A DNA stretch of 64,000 nt from Chiloscyllium plagiosum (lineage: Eukaryota). Both the position numbers and the translations under genes were made by a program. Position 1 is the stretch's first letter. Each line of letters opens with the position of its first letter. Below the pieces are notes generated by a model that ran no database searches, was not told where the DNA came from, and saw only the letters and a program-made list of their open reading frames with translations. Positions 23,691 through 37,378 of this stretch are shown piece by piece. The DNA lies in contig NC_057718.1 of NCBI RefSeq assembly GCF_004010195.1, positions 24,862,008 to 24,926,007 of the forward strand, given 5' to 3'.

Positions 23691-26669
23691 TGAATCTCTT
23701 ATTTACAAGTTCACACACACATGCTGTTCAGCTTCCCAGGTACCAATCAGCTAGTTCTTGTCAGACTGATGGCCCTTGTTATCCACAACTGGCCACAACT
23801 TCACAAATTCTGGTTCTACTTGTCTACTATTATATGTTCTCCCAGTGCTTAAACAAAGCAGCAGTTCAAACATGACTTACAATGAATATCAGTTAAGCAC
23901 AAGTATTCAAGAATTTCAATGACTTTCTTTTTAAAAAAGTAGCAAATCCTTTCACAATCACTGGTTTTAAAAATAGACCTTTTCCATTTCTGTTCCCATC
24001 AAAAATGTGGGAAAATAAAAAGATATAATCTTTACATGATACAATATAAATAACAACTTGAGTAAGTATACTGATGATACCAAACTGGAAGCATGTGACA
24101 AATTTCAAAGGAGAATTTAATCAGGACAGTGAATATCAGGTTAGCAGTTTCAATGCAGTGTAGACAAATTGGGAAGGAACATGCATTGTGATAGGAGTTT
24201 GAAATACACCTTAAATTGAAAGATTTTAAATGTAATACAGCAAGTGGAAGATCACAGCACACAGATACATAGGCCACCAATACAGCAAAAGAAGTTGAGA
24301 GAGTATAGAAGGCAAATGGATTTGTGGTATCCAATGTACAGGTGAAATTAAAGCAAGTTTAAATGTTAAACTTGCACAGGATTATACAAGAATTTCTCCA
24401 CAGCAAGTTACATCCAATAAGTTATCATGTGGTCATCTTAAATCTGTAGCAAAGGAAAAACCACCAGCTGCAATTACAAAACACAGCGTGGTACCTCTTC
24501 TATAATTTGTTCATGTTCATTTCATTTAGCCTTCAGTGCCGCATATTTCCTACCCCCACCCACTCCCTGACTCACTCCTTGCACAGCTGACATTTTCTAC
24601 TTCTTGATTTTTCTGCATGAAGGCAGAACCAAGCCATAGTGCTATGACCTCCACCATGGGTAGGGTAAGGAGGTAGGCCCCCAGAACACTGCAGCCAGAA
24701 TGGAGCACCAAACCTTACGCTGTTGGCACCAAGCTGGTCCATACTAGACAAGCCAACTGAATCAACCGACTCCCCAGGAAGCCGGAATTGCTGTGGCTAC
24801 GTGCATTGTTTTGCATCACAGCACAGAGCTATGAATAGTGATGATCAACGCTCCAATTTCTTTCCATCAGATGGTGACCAGAATCTTCCCCACTCTTAGT
24901 GACGCCATTTGTGTGTGTCAGATGAACTGACAAGTTGGTTCTTATTTTTCCACATAATCAATGCTATCAGGCCCTGGGGTGGCAGGGGCTTGACTGAGGA
25001 GGCAGGCATACTATCTACCTTGCCAAAAGCCACTTCATGATGGCTATGCTGCAATCAAATGCATGAGTTTTGGAACCTAACTTTGCAAATCATGTCCATC
25101 ATCAGCAAGCAGATTGTACCTTCAACATAAGCCTCTTGATCCATCTATCTTTCATAGATTATATGCAATCTCAACTTCCTCTGTTTCAAAAGGTTTTCCC
25201 AAATGTATATTAAAAAAACATGCAAAGACATCAGGATGTAAGGTTTCACATTTGAAATCCTATCTGATGACATCTGAGATGGCTATAATTACTGACAAAA
25301 AAATCTGGTAGGTTGACACAGAAAATTATTTCTCTTCATTTAGTCATGCTCCCAAAGGCTATTTGCAGTTCAGAAGAACCTCGCTGTATTCAGGACAAGG
25401 TGAAACATTGCAGCATGAAGGGTTTTGCTCCTCAGTTCTAAATCCAGATATGCTGGATGAAATCAGGACAGAAATCACAAGAGTATTTTCATTCATATTA
25501 AATAGCTAACATACTGAGAGTATTACCTTACACTTACTTTAACTATTTAAATACCGAGATGGAAGTCAGGACCATGCCTAATGGGGTGTATTGTGCCCGG
25601 AGTCACTTCTAACATAGTATGGACTGTGTCCATACCAGGAAACACACTCAGATTTCCATCAGAATCATCCAAACTGGTGATGTTTTAACATTATGCACCC
25701 TAACAGCTAATGTGTCGCTCTGCCTGCGCACCTGCAATTCATAAATCCACTGTACATATTGGCTTGCCACTCATGGTGTAGCTTAAAGGATTATGCACTT
25801 AACTAGCAGACAATGTAAGTTACAACAACTGCTGCTTCTGAAAATTCTCTGCAGGTATGCTACAATGTTTCCGGAGGTAGTAGAACAAGTTCCTGAATAT
25901 GGTGAGGAGTATTATGGCATTACATCCTTATTGGAAAGGCTGAGGATTTAATGATTTATCCACCAGGCTGCAAAATGTCTGCAAGCTGCAGTTCTACTAC
26001 CTGAGTCATTTGGATGACAGAGAGATGGCTCAGAAGCTGCTGAGAGGGCAAGCTCTGCATGATGTCCACTGCTAATTTGAAGCCGCCATCCTCTGTGCTA
26101 CTTGGCAATAACAGGACACAGTCTGGAAGCCCAGACAATACCCTGAAACGTTAACTTCTCCACTTTCTGATGGTGCATGGTTGCTGTGTTCTACAAGCTT
26201 CCTGCCTATCTACAGACAATATACCCAGCACCTTCATGTAAATGTTCTCCTGTAAACAATTCCATCAAGGTGCTCAGCCGAATTGTAGCAAAAATCAACT
26301 GTGATCTCATCCTCACATGAGCTGACACTATTCGTCACCCCCAAAATAGCTGCAGTCCACTGATGTCTGTGATTCACAATATGTAGATATCAACTCTATA
26401 ATTGGTTCTAAGGCATGTGCAGCACCAGCTCCTGAGCTGATTGCTGTATGTGTCAGACCAAGTATCGGGGCCTCTTAATCAGTGTCATGCTATTTCTCTT
26501 TCCTCTGCTGTGATCTTTTCTTATGGCTCTGCAGGTAATAGTTATTGGGTGCCAAAAAAGCAGGAAACCACAAAGTCAAAGATTAAGGTGAAGTAAATAG
26601 AAAGCAAAAGGCCCATGATCAGCAAAATGGATTTGAGCTGAAAAGGTGGAAGGCAAAAATATACTGTTA

Positions 26670-27961
26670 ATGAGTTTTGAAAAGATTTGTAGCTCAGGTT
26701 GAGGTTCTGGATGTAGGATTGCTTGCTGAGCTGGAAGGTTCATTTTCAGATGTTTCATCACCACACAAGGTAGCATCTTCAGTGAGCCTCCAGACGAAGC
26801 ACTGGTGGTGTAGCCCATTTTCTATTTGTGTGTTTGGGTTTCCTTGGGTTGGTGATGTAATTTCCTGAGGTGACATCATTTTCTATGGTGATGTCATTTC
26901 CTGTTCTTTTTCTCAGGGAGTGGTAAATGGGATCCAAGTCAATGTGTTTGTTGATATAGTTCCAGTTGAAATGCCATATTTCTAGGAATTCTCATGCGTG
27001 TCTCTGTTTGGCTTGTCCTAGGATGGATGTGCAGTCCCAGGCAAAGTGGTGTCCTTCCTCATCCGTTTTTAAGGATATCACTGAGAGTGGATCATGTCTT
27101 TTTGTGCCTAGATGATGTTTATGTATCCCGGTGGCTAGTTTTCTGCCTGTTATTTACAGTTCTTGCAAGGTATTTTGTAAATGACATTAGCTTTGCTAGT
27201 TGTCTGTATAGGGTCTTTCAAGTTTATTCGCTGCTGTTTTAATGTGTTGGTGGGTTTGTGTGCTACCATGATGCCAAGAGGTCTGAGTAGTCTGGCAGTC
27301 ATTTCTGAGATGTCTTTGATGTAAGGAGAGTAGCTAGAGATTCTGGATGTGTTTTGTCTGCTTGTTTGATGCCCCTACACCAAAGACATTACAGATATGA
27401 CTGCCAGACTACTCAGACCCTTGGCATCCTGGTAGCCCACAAACCCACCAACACACTAAAACAGCAGTTAATGAACTTGAAAGACCCTATACAGACAACT
27501 AGCAAAGCTACTACATTGGACAAACAGGCAGAAAACTAACCACCAGGATACATGAATATCATTAGCCACAAAAAGATATGACCCATTCTCACTAGTATCC
27601 TGACATACGGATGAGGAAGGACACTTTGACTGGGACAACACATCCATTCTAGGACAAGCCAAACAGAGACATGCACGAGAATTCCTGGAATCATAGCAGT
27701 CCAACTGGAACTCTATCAACAAACACATTGACGTGGATCCCATTTACTACCCCCTGAGAAAAAGAACCGGAAATGACATCGGCATAGAAAATAATGTCAC
27801 CACAGGAAATGACATCGCCAACCCATGGAAGCCCAGACACATAAATAGAAAGTAGGCTACACCACCAGTGCTTCATCCAGAGGCTCACTGAAGATGTTAC
27901 CTAGTCTGATGACAAAACATCTGAAAACTAACTTTCCAGCTCAGCGAGCAAACCTACATCC
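26670..27961. mobile_element. Penelope-like element (probably Poseidon type): two inverted 3' halves with GIY-YIG endonuclease remnants
   Basis: The plus arm encodes YIGQTGRKLTTRIHE..HTDEEGHFDWDNTSILGQAKQRHAREFLES..SINKHIDVDPIY, and the left arm is its reverse complement. TSD atata[c/t]tgtta at 26659-26669 and 27962-27972. Confidence 0.9.
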
Positions 27962-28149
27962 ATATATTGTTATCCTCAATATTCTTAGAAATGCCAGATA
28001 CCACAAGTTGTATTATAACCACAATGCAGAGAGTCATCTCCTCCATATAGCCCTGGAGGTACAAATGCCCTTATCACCCATCAGTTCTGCACTAACCATC
28101 CCGGTATTTATCTGGCATCAGACCAGTTCTTCACTATCTTTCAAAGAAC

Positions 28150-29080
28150 GTATGAATTAGGCTATTCGGCCCCTCAAAACTACTCTGCCATCAATAATGT
28201 CATGCCTGATTTGTTTCCTTTGAATTGTACTGTCCCATCTACACACAACAATGTTGATCTAGTCTATCTGTCTTCACCTTAAAAATATTCGATGACTCTG
28301 TCTCCACCACCTTCTGAGGTAGAGAGCTCCAAAGTCACACAACTCTTTGAGATAGTTCATTTTTTCCCTCATCTGCGAGAAGTGCAACCCTTGATTTTCA
28401 AACAGATCTCCATAATTCCAGACTCATCCATTAATGGAAACACCATTTCTATGATCACCTTGTTAACACCATTCATGATATTGATCTTACATACTTTATT
28501 CAAGCCACCCCTCATTCTTGTAAATTCTGTAGCAACAAACTTTGTCTGTCCAATGAGGTCCCTTCATTCCTGGCACATGATATTCCTACAATAAATTGAT
28601 TAAACATGATTCCCCTTTCACAAAACCACACTGATTTCTTCCAAATACTTTGAAATGCTGTAAGGGCCCAGCTACAGCTTTCTAAATGATCAATACTGGC
28701 ACGTTTGCCCTGACAGGTGTCAAGCTAACTTGTCAACAGATTCCTTTTTTTTGCCTCCTACCCTTTTTGAATAAAGGGGAGATATTTGTGATTTCCAGTC
28801 TGATGGCACCTTTCCAGGGTCCAGGGGGTTTTGAAAAATTAGCAACATTATGAGCTACCTCTTTAAAGACCCAAGAATGAGATCCACTGGGACACAGGAG
28901 CTTAAGACCTTACTGTTTCATCAATTTGCTCAGTTTCACCTCCCTAGTGATTATAATTTCATCAAGTTCCTCTCTTCTTTCCACCTCTGGATTTACAGCA
29001 ATTGTCGGAAAGTTTCCTCTGTTCTCTAGAGTGAAGGCAGAAGCAGAACTTTGTTTCATCTATCATTTTTATCTTATGTC
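28150..29080 (-). mobile_element. Old CR1 fragments
   Basis: Degenerate CR1 3' UTR and RT-region sequence (aagctaacttgtc..cctttttgaataaaggg..ccagtc). Confidence 0.65.
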
Positions 29081-32006
29081 CAGTATTGCCATTAGCTGGG
29101 AGCAAGTCAGATGTCAGAATGAAACCAGGCTTGATACATCATACTGGATTTTTGCAATTGGTTAGCTTGGTTGTTCGTCACTGAAATGTAGTCACATGAA
29201 GCTGCAGATGTTCTTTAACAACAGAACAAATGTACATTACACAAACAAAAGAAAATACAAACAAATCTACATAAATAGAAAGATTGTGAAACAAATATCA
29301 AAACAACTTTTCAACTTGACTCCCAATGCTATCAAGTCCAGAAATGTAATCTCAAAGAAATATCACATATCACTGCAATCTTGAACATTTCAATTGCAAA
29401 TTTTCTTGGCTTGGAAGCTCCACAGACCAGAAACCATTCTTGTTGAAGGCAAAAGTTTCCTGTCAAATGAATTGAAAGAAATCCGACTGAGATAAAACAT
29501 TTAGCCCAATTGAAATCAAACTTTGCTTTGTTCTTAACAGAAAACTAATGTCTTGTTCTGTATACTCTGCTTGTCGTAAATGTAAAAGTATAACCAACTT
29601 ATCCATTAACACTATAGGGTCTAGCAAGCAGTTGACTGCAGTAATGTTTCTCCGTAGCACTGATACATGAGGTCACGTCCAAGAATAACCTCCCAACCTT
29701 TTAAAAAATCTTTCACAGTATAACCTACATCTATCTGCCTTTATTTTGAAATCCAAATCCAAAAATATAATATACGTGTTTATTATCGATATTAATTACT
29801 GATTTACACTCCCTAGAGGACCAACACTCACTTTCCTTACATTATATATAGAAACTCTTGTTACCTGTTTTTACATTTCAAGTCAGCTTCCTCCTATACT
29901 CTAATTTCTTTATACTGATTAACCTTTTAGTCGTTCTCTGCCATTTCTTTATATTCTGACTAACACAATGCTGACAAGAAATAAGACAAGGATGGAGAGA
30001 AAATATTTTTAGAAGATAATCTCACTCTCTAGCAAACAAATGAGTGAATTCTAAATACCAATTTTTAAAAATGTGCCAGCCTGAAAACCAGAAAAACTGA
30101 AAAAAAGAAATTAATCCTTGAGTTCTTTTAGCTTGAAGGCAAGGCATAAACCATGCAGCCTGAGATACCCTTGAACAGAATGATGATAATGAAAGCAAAA
30201 GGAAACATTGGTTGACCCATGATATATTGCTCTTTTTGTTTTTGTCATTTAAAGTCTCATTTCTCCAGACTACAATTTATAAGAACTGAAATGTATGATC
30301 TCTGCACTACATCACATTCGAATAAACAATAGCTAGCTTTTCATTTTCAACATTTGACATTTACACATGAAGAATTATAAAGATTGCTTCCTGCTGTGCC
30401 AAGGTATCCACAATGACCTGTCTACATTCAGATGACTCTTGAGGCTTGAGGGCATTCCGTATTTGAATTTAATTGTTTTCATCTGCTCTTGAAATATTCT
30501 GTTTTGCTGAACATATATCAAAGGCAGCATCAAAAGCCAGTTAATCTTTCTTGACAAGCACATGGATAGGTTTCAGAAACAGAAGCAAACTGGCATGTGT
30601 GCTATTTTAACACATAAGGACTAGGTAAAGCAAAGCTATGACTGCTTCGGTTTTCTCATCAGTTGCACGTCAGCTCTCTGTAAAATTCCTTCCAGGGCAC
30701 CTGAAGCCAAAGTATTTTAAGGTATTGTTCTCAGAATGTGCAAGGCCCTAGTAAGGTCACATTTATGGCTAAAGTCTTCCTGACCTGACGTACCAAGTGT
30801 TGGGGTGGGAGAGAGAGGCTTGATGATGGAACAGAAGATTCAGGATGGAATAGATTGCAAAGTTTGTGGGGCGTTTTGAGGATCAAGGGAGAGAGAGGAT
30901 GCACCAAATTGCAGAAGTGCCTCAAGGAAACAAATATCTGGATCCAAGAGATAGAGGGAAAGGCACTCACCTCTGCAATCCAACAAAGCTCTCACCTTAA
31001 TATAACTGTCAGTTTGCCAAATGCTAGAATTAGAGTTAAAGTTGAAAAACTGGATGATAAATCTTCCAACATCAGTATCACTAATGGATTTGTCACCCAC
31101 ATTGCTTCCAGCTGGAAAGTGAATGAATTGGAGGTGAGTTTGGGTAAAAGATTTTTTTCAGACTTTGAATCCCCGCTTAGTTCAGACCGCCCACCTTTCA
31201 GATAAAATCCAGCCCATATTCTCTTCACCCTGCAGCAGAAGGTGATGGTGGATCCCTCCCTGTAACTATTACAGCACATGCATTATTAAAGGCCCCACAA
31301 TAAGGAAATCCAAACTTTGACCAAGCAAAAATGAAGGATCAGCAAGAGATACAACATATAGAGAGGTTGCTGACCATGGTCTTTACAAATATTCTCACAC
31401 TTGCCCTCCCCACCATAAGGAAAAACACCAGGATATCAAAATAGCACTTGTGGTATCTCCATAAGTGTCTGGTAATTGCTATCTCGCAGATTCGTTTAGC
31501 AGTGGTTGTGACGATTATTTCAGTAAAGAAGAAAGTACTTACATTTGAAGAGCACCTTCTTACATCTTCATAACTTTGTCATTGATAATTCACAAATGCT
31601 GCTGGAATATTTATACTTTCTAATAACTGTGTTTTAGATGAAGCATTATCGAAACTGACAACAAAGGACTTTTCAGGAGAAATCCTTCATGGTCCCAGCA
31701 ATTGCGAAAGTGCTACAAGCAATTGGAAATGATATGTCAGGACCAAAGAAATTCGCCACCAGAACAGAAATGAAGATCAGAGCAAACATGCATAAAACCA
31801 AATTAGCTGAAAGCGCTTTTGTTGAATTAGCCCTCCAACTGTCAAATGTATCTTTATTCTCACAGCACATAGCAATTACTATTATGGCATGAAGTGCTTT
31901 ATTTCATAAGATAAATTGATTCCTTAAGAATAGAAGTCTTACTGAAGCACGTGAAGTTATTAGTATAAATATGCAATGGCACAACACAAATTTGCTAGGA
32001 CAAATG

Positions 32007-32071
32007 TTCGGCACAACATCGTGGGCCGAAGGGCCTGTTCTGTGCTGTATTGTTCTATGTTCTATGTTCTA
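32007..32071 (+). mobile_element. Extremely 5'-truncated CR1 3' tail
   Basis: ggcacaacatcgtgggccgaagggcctgttctgtgctgta followed by (TTCTATG)n. Confidence 0.85.
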
Positions 32072-33584
32072 AATCCAGCACCAGCTCACGGAAGATTTAT
32101 AGAACATTGAAAACATTTTTAAAGGAACTGGTTTTGTTTCTGAACCTTTCACACTATAACATCTGTCACTGTTGCGGCTTAGTTTAATATACCTCATTAC
32201 CTTACTTCTGACAAATGAACAATTTGGTAAAGATAAGAAAATTTTCATTCAGCTCCCACCTCTGATAATAGTTAGTCATGTTGAGAGGGAAAGAAAAGGA
32301 CTTGCACATAAATGGCACAGCATTTACATGAAACAGCACAGCATAGTTTAACAGTAGCTGTTTTCTTCTACAGTAGCTATTTTCACAGACCCACCAACAG
32401 TCCGCAGAGCACCATCAGCTGCTGTATGTTCAGGGACATTGGACAGGCTGCAACTTGAATAGACAAGGTGAGTAGGTGAGGCAAGGGGAAATCATGAACA
32501 AAGAAATGGAGTGCTTGCCATGCCATTTCATGTACAATTTCATCCAGGTGAAGGATGAACAAGAATTTCATATACTTATTTATATAAAAAATGTGGGGCA
32601 TCTTGTTAGTGTCACACTTTGAAGCATATGAAAAATTCAACTTGCTGCCTTATAGCAATGGTCATGCCTATTATGATTTTCTGAAATCCTGTAGCCAGTG
32701 AGGCCTTTAAAACAATAATGGACAGTATCTGCAAACTCTATGCAATTCCTGTGCAATCCAACAATTGTGGGAATCTCACTACTGCCGATTAATTGCCATT
32801 CTGCGCTGCACATTAAATCATTCCATTTATCAAATCAGAACATAGAAGATATGCAGTCCATCAGGCTGCCCCCAAAGTTCAAATAAACGCTTTTATTCAC
32901 TTCAATTATTTCCCCTGCCAAACAACATGATCACCTTCCCTTCTGAAATTAAGGGGAGTTTTGGCCTAGCCCTTGTACCCACTTATCTTGAGCTATGGTG
33001 GGGAGGGATGAGCAACACTCGTGACTGACCCTTCCACCTCCTTGTGAGTTCAAGTCTCTCTTCTAATTAGGAAAAGGAAACTCTACCTAATTTTGTCCTC
33101 TATTTACCACTCTCCTACCTAAATTTAAGCAAGAAAGCAGAAGTAAATCCAGCTATAAATCTTGACTACTTTTTTAGAGTTTGGAATTATATCCAAAATA
33201 TCATTAGTTTTGAATTATCTAGAATTTCAAATATTTTGCCTTGTAGCTGAGGCACCTAATCCAAGGTATTGAATTGATAGTCCTTTGATTTGCCTTCTCT
33301 ATTCCCTCTGTGGTATATCAGTTAGAAATGTACACTACACTACACTGATTTCAACAAGTTCATTGTGCCAACCTGAACGTTTTTCTCTACAATTCTAGTA
33401 GTCCATCCTAAGATTCTACATGTCCCATTTATAATCTTTGTGAAATACAAGCTGTATGAATTGACATTTTCCTTATGAAGGAATGGCTCTGTCAGGTGGC
33501 ACCTACTTAATTCATTTAGAACATAACAATATTGTTGATTTGCTTATCATCATTATCACCAAGATATGTCTGCATATGTCCCTC

Positions 33585-34785
33585 CGGGTAGCATTCTTAG
33601 CCCAATCATCTTCAGCCACTTCTGTAATGGCAATGTCTCTTGACGACTGCACACTATTCACTATTCCTCAGATGGTGAAGCAGTCCATGTCCAAATGTAG
33701 CAAGACCTGGACAATATCTAGGCTTGGCTTGATAAGTGGCAGGTAACATTTGCATCACACAAGTGCAAGGAGTGACCATCTCCAAGAAGAGAATCAAACC
33801 ATTGACCTATGACATCAACTTAATTACCAAATTCCTTCAACAACATCCTAGAGGTTAACATTGATCAGAAAGCAAAATTGTCAAACGTTATAAATACTGT
33901 GGATCTGATAGCAGGTGAGGAATTAGGAATTGTGTGGTGGATAGAGATAAGAGTGGTGCTGGAAAAGCACAGCAGGTCAGGCAGCATCCGAAGAGCAGGA
34001 TTTTCAGATTTTCCTGCTCTTCGGATGCTGCCTGACCTGCTGTGCTTTTCCAGCACCATTCTAATCTTGACTCTGATCTCCAGCATCTGCAGTCCTCACT
34101 TTCGCCCATTGCGTGGCGGGTAACCCATCTCCTGTCTCCTCAAAGCCTGTCCACCATGTGGAAGGCACAAGTAGGGACTATGACAACTACACTGCACTTG
34201 CCTGCATGAGTGCACCTTGAGGCACACGCAAGAGACTGACACCATTCAGGATAAAGTAGCCTACTTGACTGACACCACATTACAAACAACTGTTTCCTAC
34301 GTCACTGATGCTTAATAGTTGCAGTACGCACAATCAACAAGATGCACAGAATGCAACAAAACCCATTAGTCAATATCTTCTAAACCCAACCATGATTAAG
34401 AAGGTCAAGGACAGCAGATAAATGGTAGCACCACCATCTGCAAGTAGGCTACCCAAGTCACTACAATCCCGACATGGAAATATATCACTGTTCGTCAGTG
34501 TCACTAAGTTCAAATCCTTCAAAAGACATGCAAATGTTACTTGCCACTTATCAAGCCAAGCTTAAATATTGTCCAGGTCTTGCTAAATTTGGACATGGAC
34601 TGATTCACCATCTGAGGAGTAGTAAATAATGTGCAGTCATCAAGCGAGAATGCCATCTTGTGGATGTACCTATACCAATTGGAATGCAATGGTTCAAGAA
34701 CTCAGCTCACCAACACCTTCTCAGGACAATCAGTGAGGAGCAATAAATGCCCAACCAGAGAAATCCACATCCCCTGAATAAAAAT
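33585..34785 (+). mobile_element. LINE RT 3' fragment (family of 17740-18850) with a nested PLE hairpin and an inverted self-duplication
   Basis: VPPGSILSPIIFS (VPQGSVLGP), QDLDNI*AWLDKWQVTF, and tail caataaatgc. Confidence 0.8.
33944..34107. repeat. PLE-derived perfect hairpin with a 47-bp stem and 11-nt loop
   Basis: 33954-34000 is the exact reverse complement of 34012-34058. Degenerate 15-bp TSD at 33929-33943 and 34108-34122. Confidence 0.9.
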
Positions 34786-35739
34786 ATGCTTTCCTGTGTC
34801 ATGTTCTCAAGGCTTCTAATATTTCATTTAGGACATTGTTTATTCTACTTGATGGAGTACTACAGTGTAAACGCATCCAGTTAATTTAGTTGTGGTTCCA
34901 AGTAAACACATTCATGAAAAACATATGCCTGCTGGTAGATCACAAGGAGCATTGTAAACAGATATTTGAACTTTAGGTGCAAATTCATTATTGCAAGAGG
35001 CCAGACAGGAAGAGCAACAATACAGTTCTGAAGCCAGGAAATAAGTGACCTTGCAGGAGTCAATCTCGCAAGTTAGAAATGGGAAGGAGTTTTACTTAAC
35101 AGGTGGGGAGGTGTTCCTGTGGGTGTTGCCCCTGCCGCAGTGGGTCCTTCCATTAAGTATAGAGTGCCTAAGCAGGAGGGAACAATCCCAGGCTGCAGAA
35201 AGCCCATCGGGACATAATTGGCAGCCCGTCCATGAGGCACAACCCCCTCACTGTCCATAGATAGCCATTAATTGACCTAATAGTCACTATTAAGTCAACT
35301 AGCCCAGAGACAGGAAGCCGAAAGACAGAAAGCCAACTCAATCCCTACCAGACTGGATTTAAATGGGGGTCAACTTCGTGTCAACCCATCATACAGCCCC
35401 CACTATTTCCTAGCCCATACACACAGGAGATGGTGGGGGTGGGGTGGGAGTGGGGGCGGATGGTTGGATGTTATTGGTAGGCATTAAATGTTCCACCTGA
35501 TGTGTTTAATTGACAGTTGCTCTGTAGCCTTATTGTTGTTGCATACGAGAAATGACTTAACACCAACTGGAGACATAAATGACCACTCTGTATTCATGTC
35601 CAGCTGTAAGTACAATTAATAACTACCCTCAACTTTGTAAGCAGCAACCACAGGGTACATTTATTTACTGGCTTTCACATAAGGAAACAACTTATGCATT
35701 TCTCAGAGTGTGTTAAAGCAAGTTCAGAACTGCATCAAA

Positions 35740-36630
35740 TGAGAGCAGATAATCAAAGGTTTGATCAAAAAGTTGGGTTTAACAGCGTGCCTTAAAAGAG
35801 GAAAAGAAAGTGTAAGGAGTGAGCTCAAGAGCTTAGGTCCTTGGGAACTGAAAGCATAATGACCAATCATTAAAATGATTAAAATCAGAGATGATCAAGA
35901 GGGCAGAGTTCAAGGAACAAATGTATCTGAACACAAGGTTGTGGGACTGAAGGAAATTGCAGAATTGGGGCAGGGTACAGTTGTGAGGCTATGAAGAAAT
36001 TGGAAACAAAAATGAAAATCGTGGCATTGCTTAAGCAATGGATCAGCAAGGACAGGGATGAGTAAATGCAAGGCAGGGCACAAGCTTCTGAGTTTCAGCT
36101 GACTTCAGGTTTATAAGGGTAGACTGTCAAGGGCCAGGTAGGAAGTCCATAATACAAGAAAAAGGAACAGAAGAAACCCATTCAGCCCACTGAGTCTGCT
36201 CCACCATTCGATAATATTATGGCTGATCTGGTGATCCTGAAATCTCATTTCATGCCTTTTTCCCATTATCCTTGATATCCATACTGATTAAATATCTATC
36301 TATTCCAGCATGGAATATACTTAACAATGTAGTCTTTAAACCCTTTGCAGTAAAGAATGACATAGATTAACTACCTTCTGAGTGAAGTTCCTCCTCATCT
36401 TTGTCCTAACTGGCAACTCTTTACTCAAAGACTATGCCCTTACCCTAGCATCTCGCACGAAGGAAACAACAACTCCTACAAGGAACTGGACAAGTGTCTG
36501 AGGAAACAAAGGTGTGAATGAGTGCTGCAGTAGCAAAAGAGCTGAGAGAGGAGCAGAGTCAGACCATTGTACAGAGATGGAAATAGGCCTTCTTAGTGAT
36601 GGCATGGATGTGCAATCAGAAGTTCAGACA
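35740..36630 (-). mobile_element. Old L2-like LINE fragment with a nested CR1 3' end (~36150-36470)
   Basis: Purine-rich reverse-strand L2-like sequence; the CR1 3' UTR (ccattcagcccactgagtctgctccaccattc) lies inside it. Confidence 0.55.
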
Positions 36631-37378
36631 TTGGTAACTCCACATACCATAATCTCAGGGTCATCCCACTGACTGTTAACTAAACAGCAGCTTATCTAAA
36701 TGAGGGAAAATAAACCTGACCTCTGAAAGAGAAATGATAATAACATTTTGAACATTGTCTACAAAGTAAGCAAAATATTATGTTCGCTAGTTTTTGCTGA
36801 AGCTTATTGTCACTCCTGACAGTCAAGACTTGAGGACTGATGGCTTTGCAAAGATTATTCAAATTTTAAAAAACCCTGCAGAAAAATGTCAATTTCTGCA
36901 ATTAAGTTGAATTTTCAACAATATTGGAAACAATTACCAAGCCACCATTACACAGAATGTATTTAGATTGCTCATTTATCTGAACCAATTGAACTTCTAG
37001 AAATTTCTGTTGCACCTGAAACTCTTGATAATCTTTGTTATAATCTCTTTAGAGACTGATAACTTCTAAAAGAACATAATTCCCATAAAACCAATGAAAG
37101 AAAATCAATTGGACAATATTTCACTTTTTAAAACATTTATTGTTACATACTAACTAAAATTAACATCATTAATAGCAGGCAAAGTGTATTCTAAACAAAA
37201 AATTTAAGTGTCCATTTTAATAATTGATACAACAAAAATATATCCCAAGTAGTTACAAGAATCCCCATTTCTTTTGACAAAAGAATTACCTAAAAACTTA
37301 GTATTTTTAACTCAGTTTCCATTTTTGTATGATCTTTCACTTAATTCTAATCAATCATTTTGCCCACAAATCACGTAC

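Noticed and set aside
31673..31892. Overlapping short ORFs on both strands, one hydrophobic
   Set aside because: No recognisable motif; the hydrophobicity comes from a T-rich tract that is better read as a polypyrimidine tract.
33944..34107. MITE or DNA-transposon reading of the hairpin elements
   Set aside because: Long variable TSDs, one-sided tails and linkage to PLE RT/GIY-YIG sequence point to Penelope retroelements.
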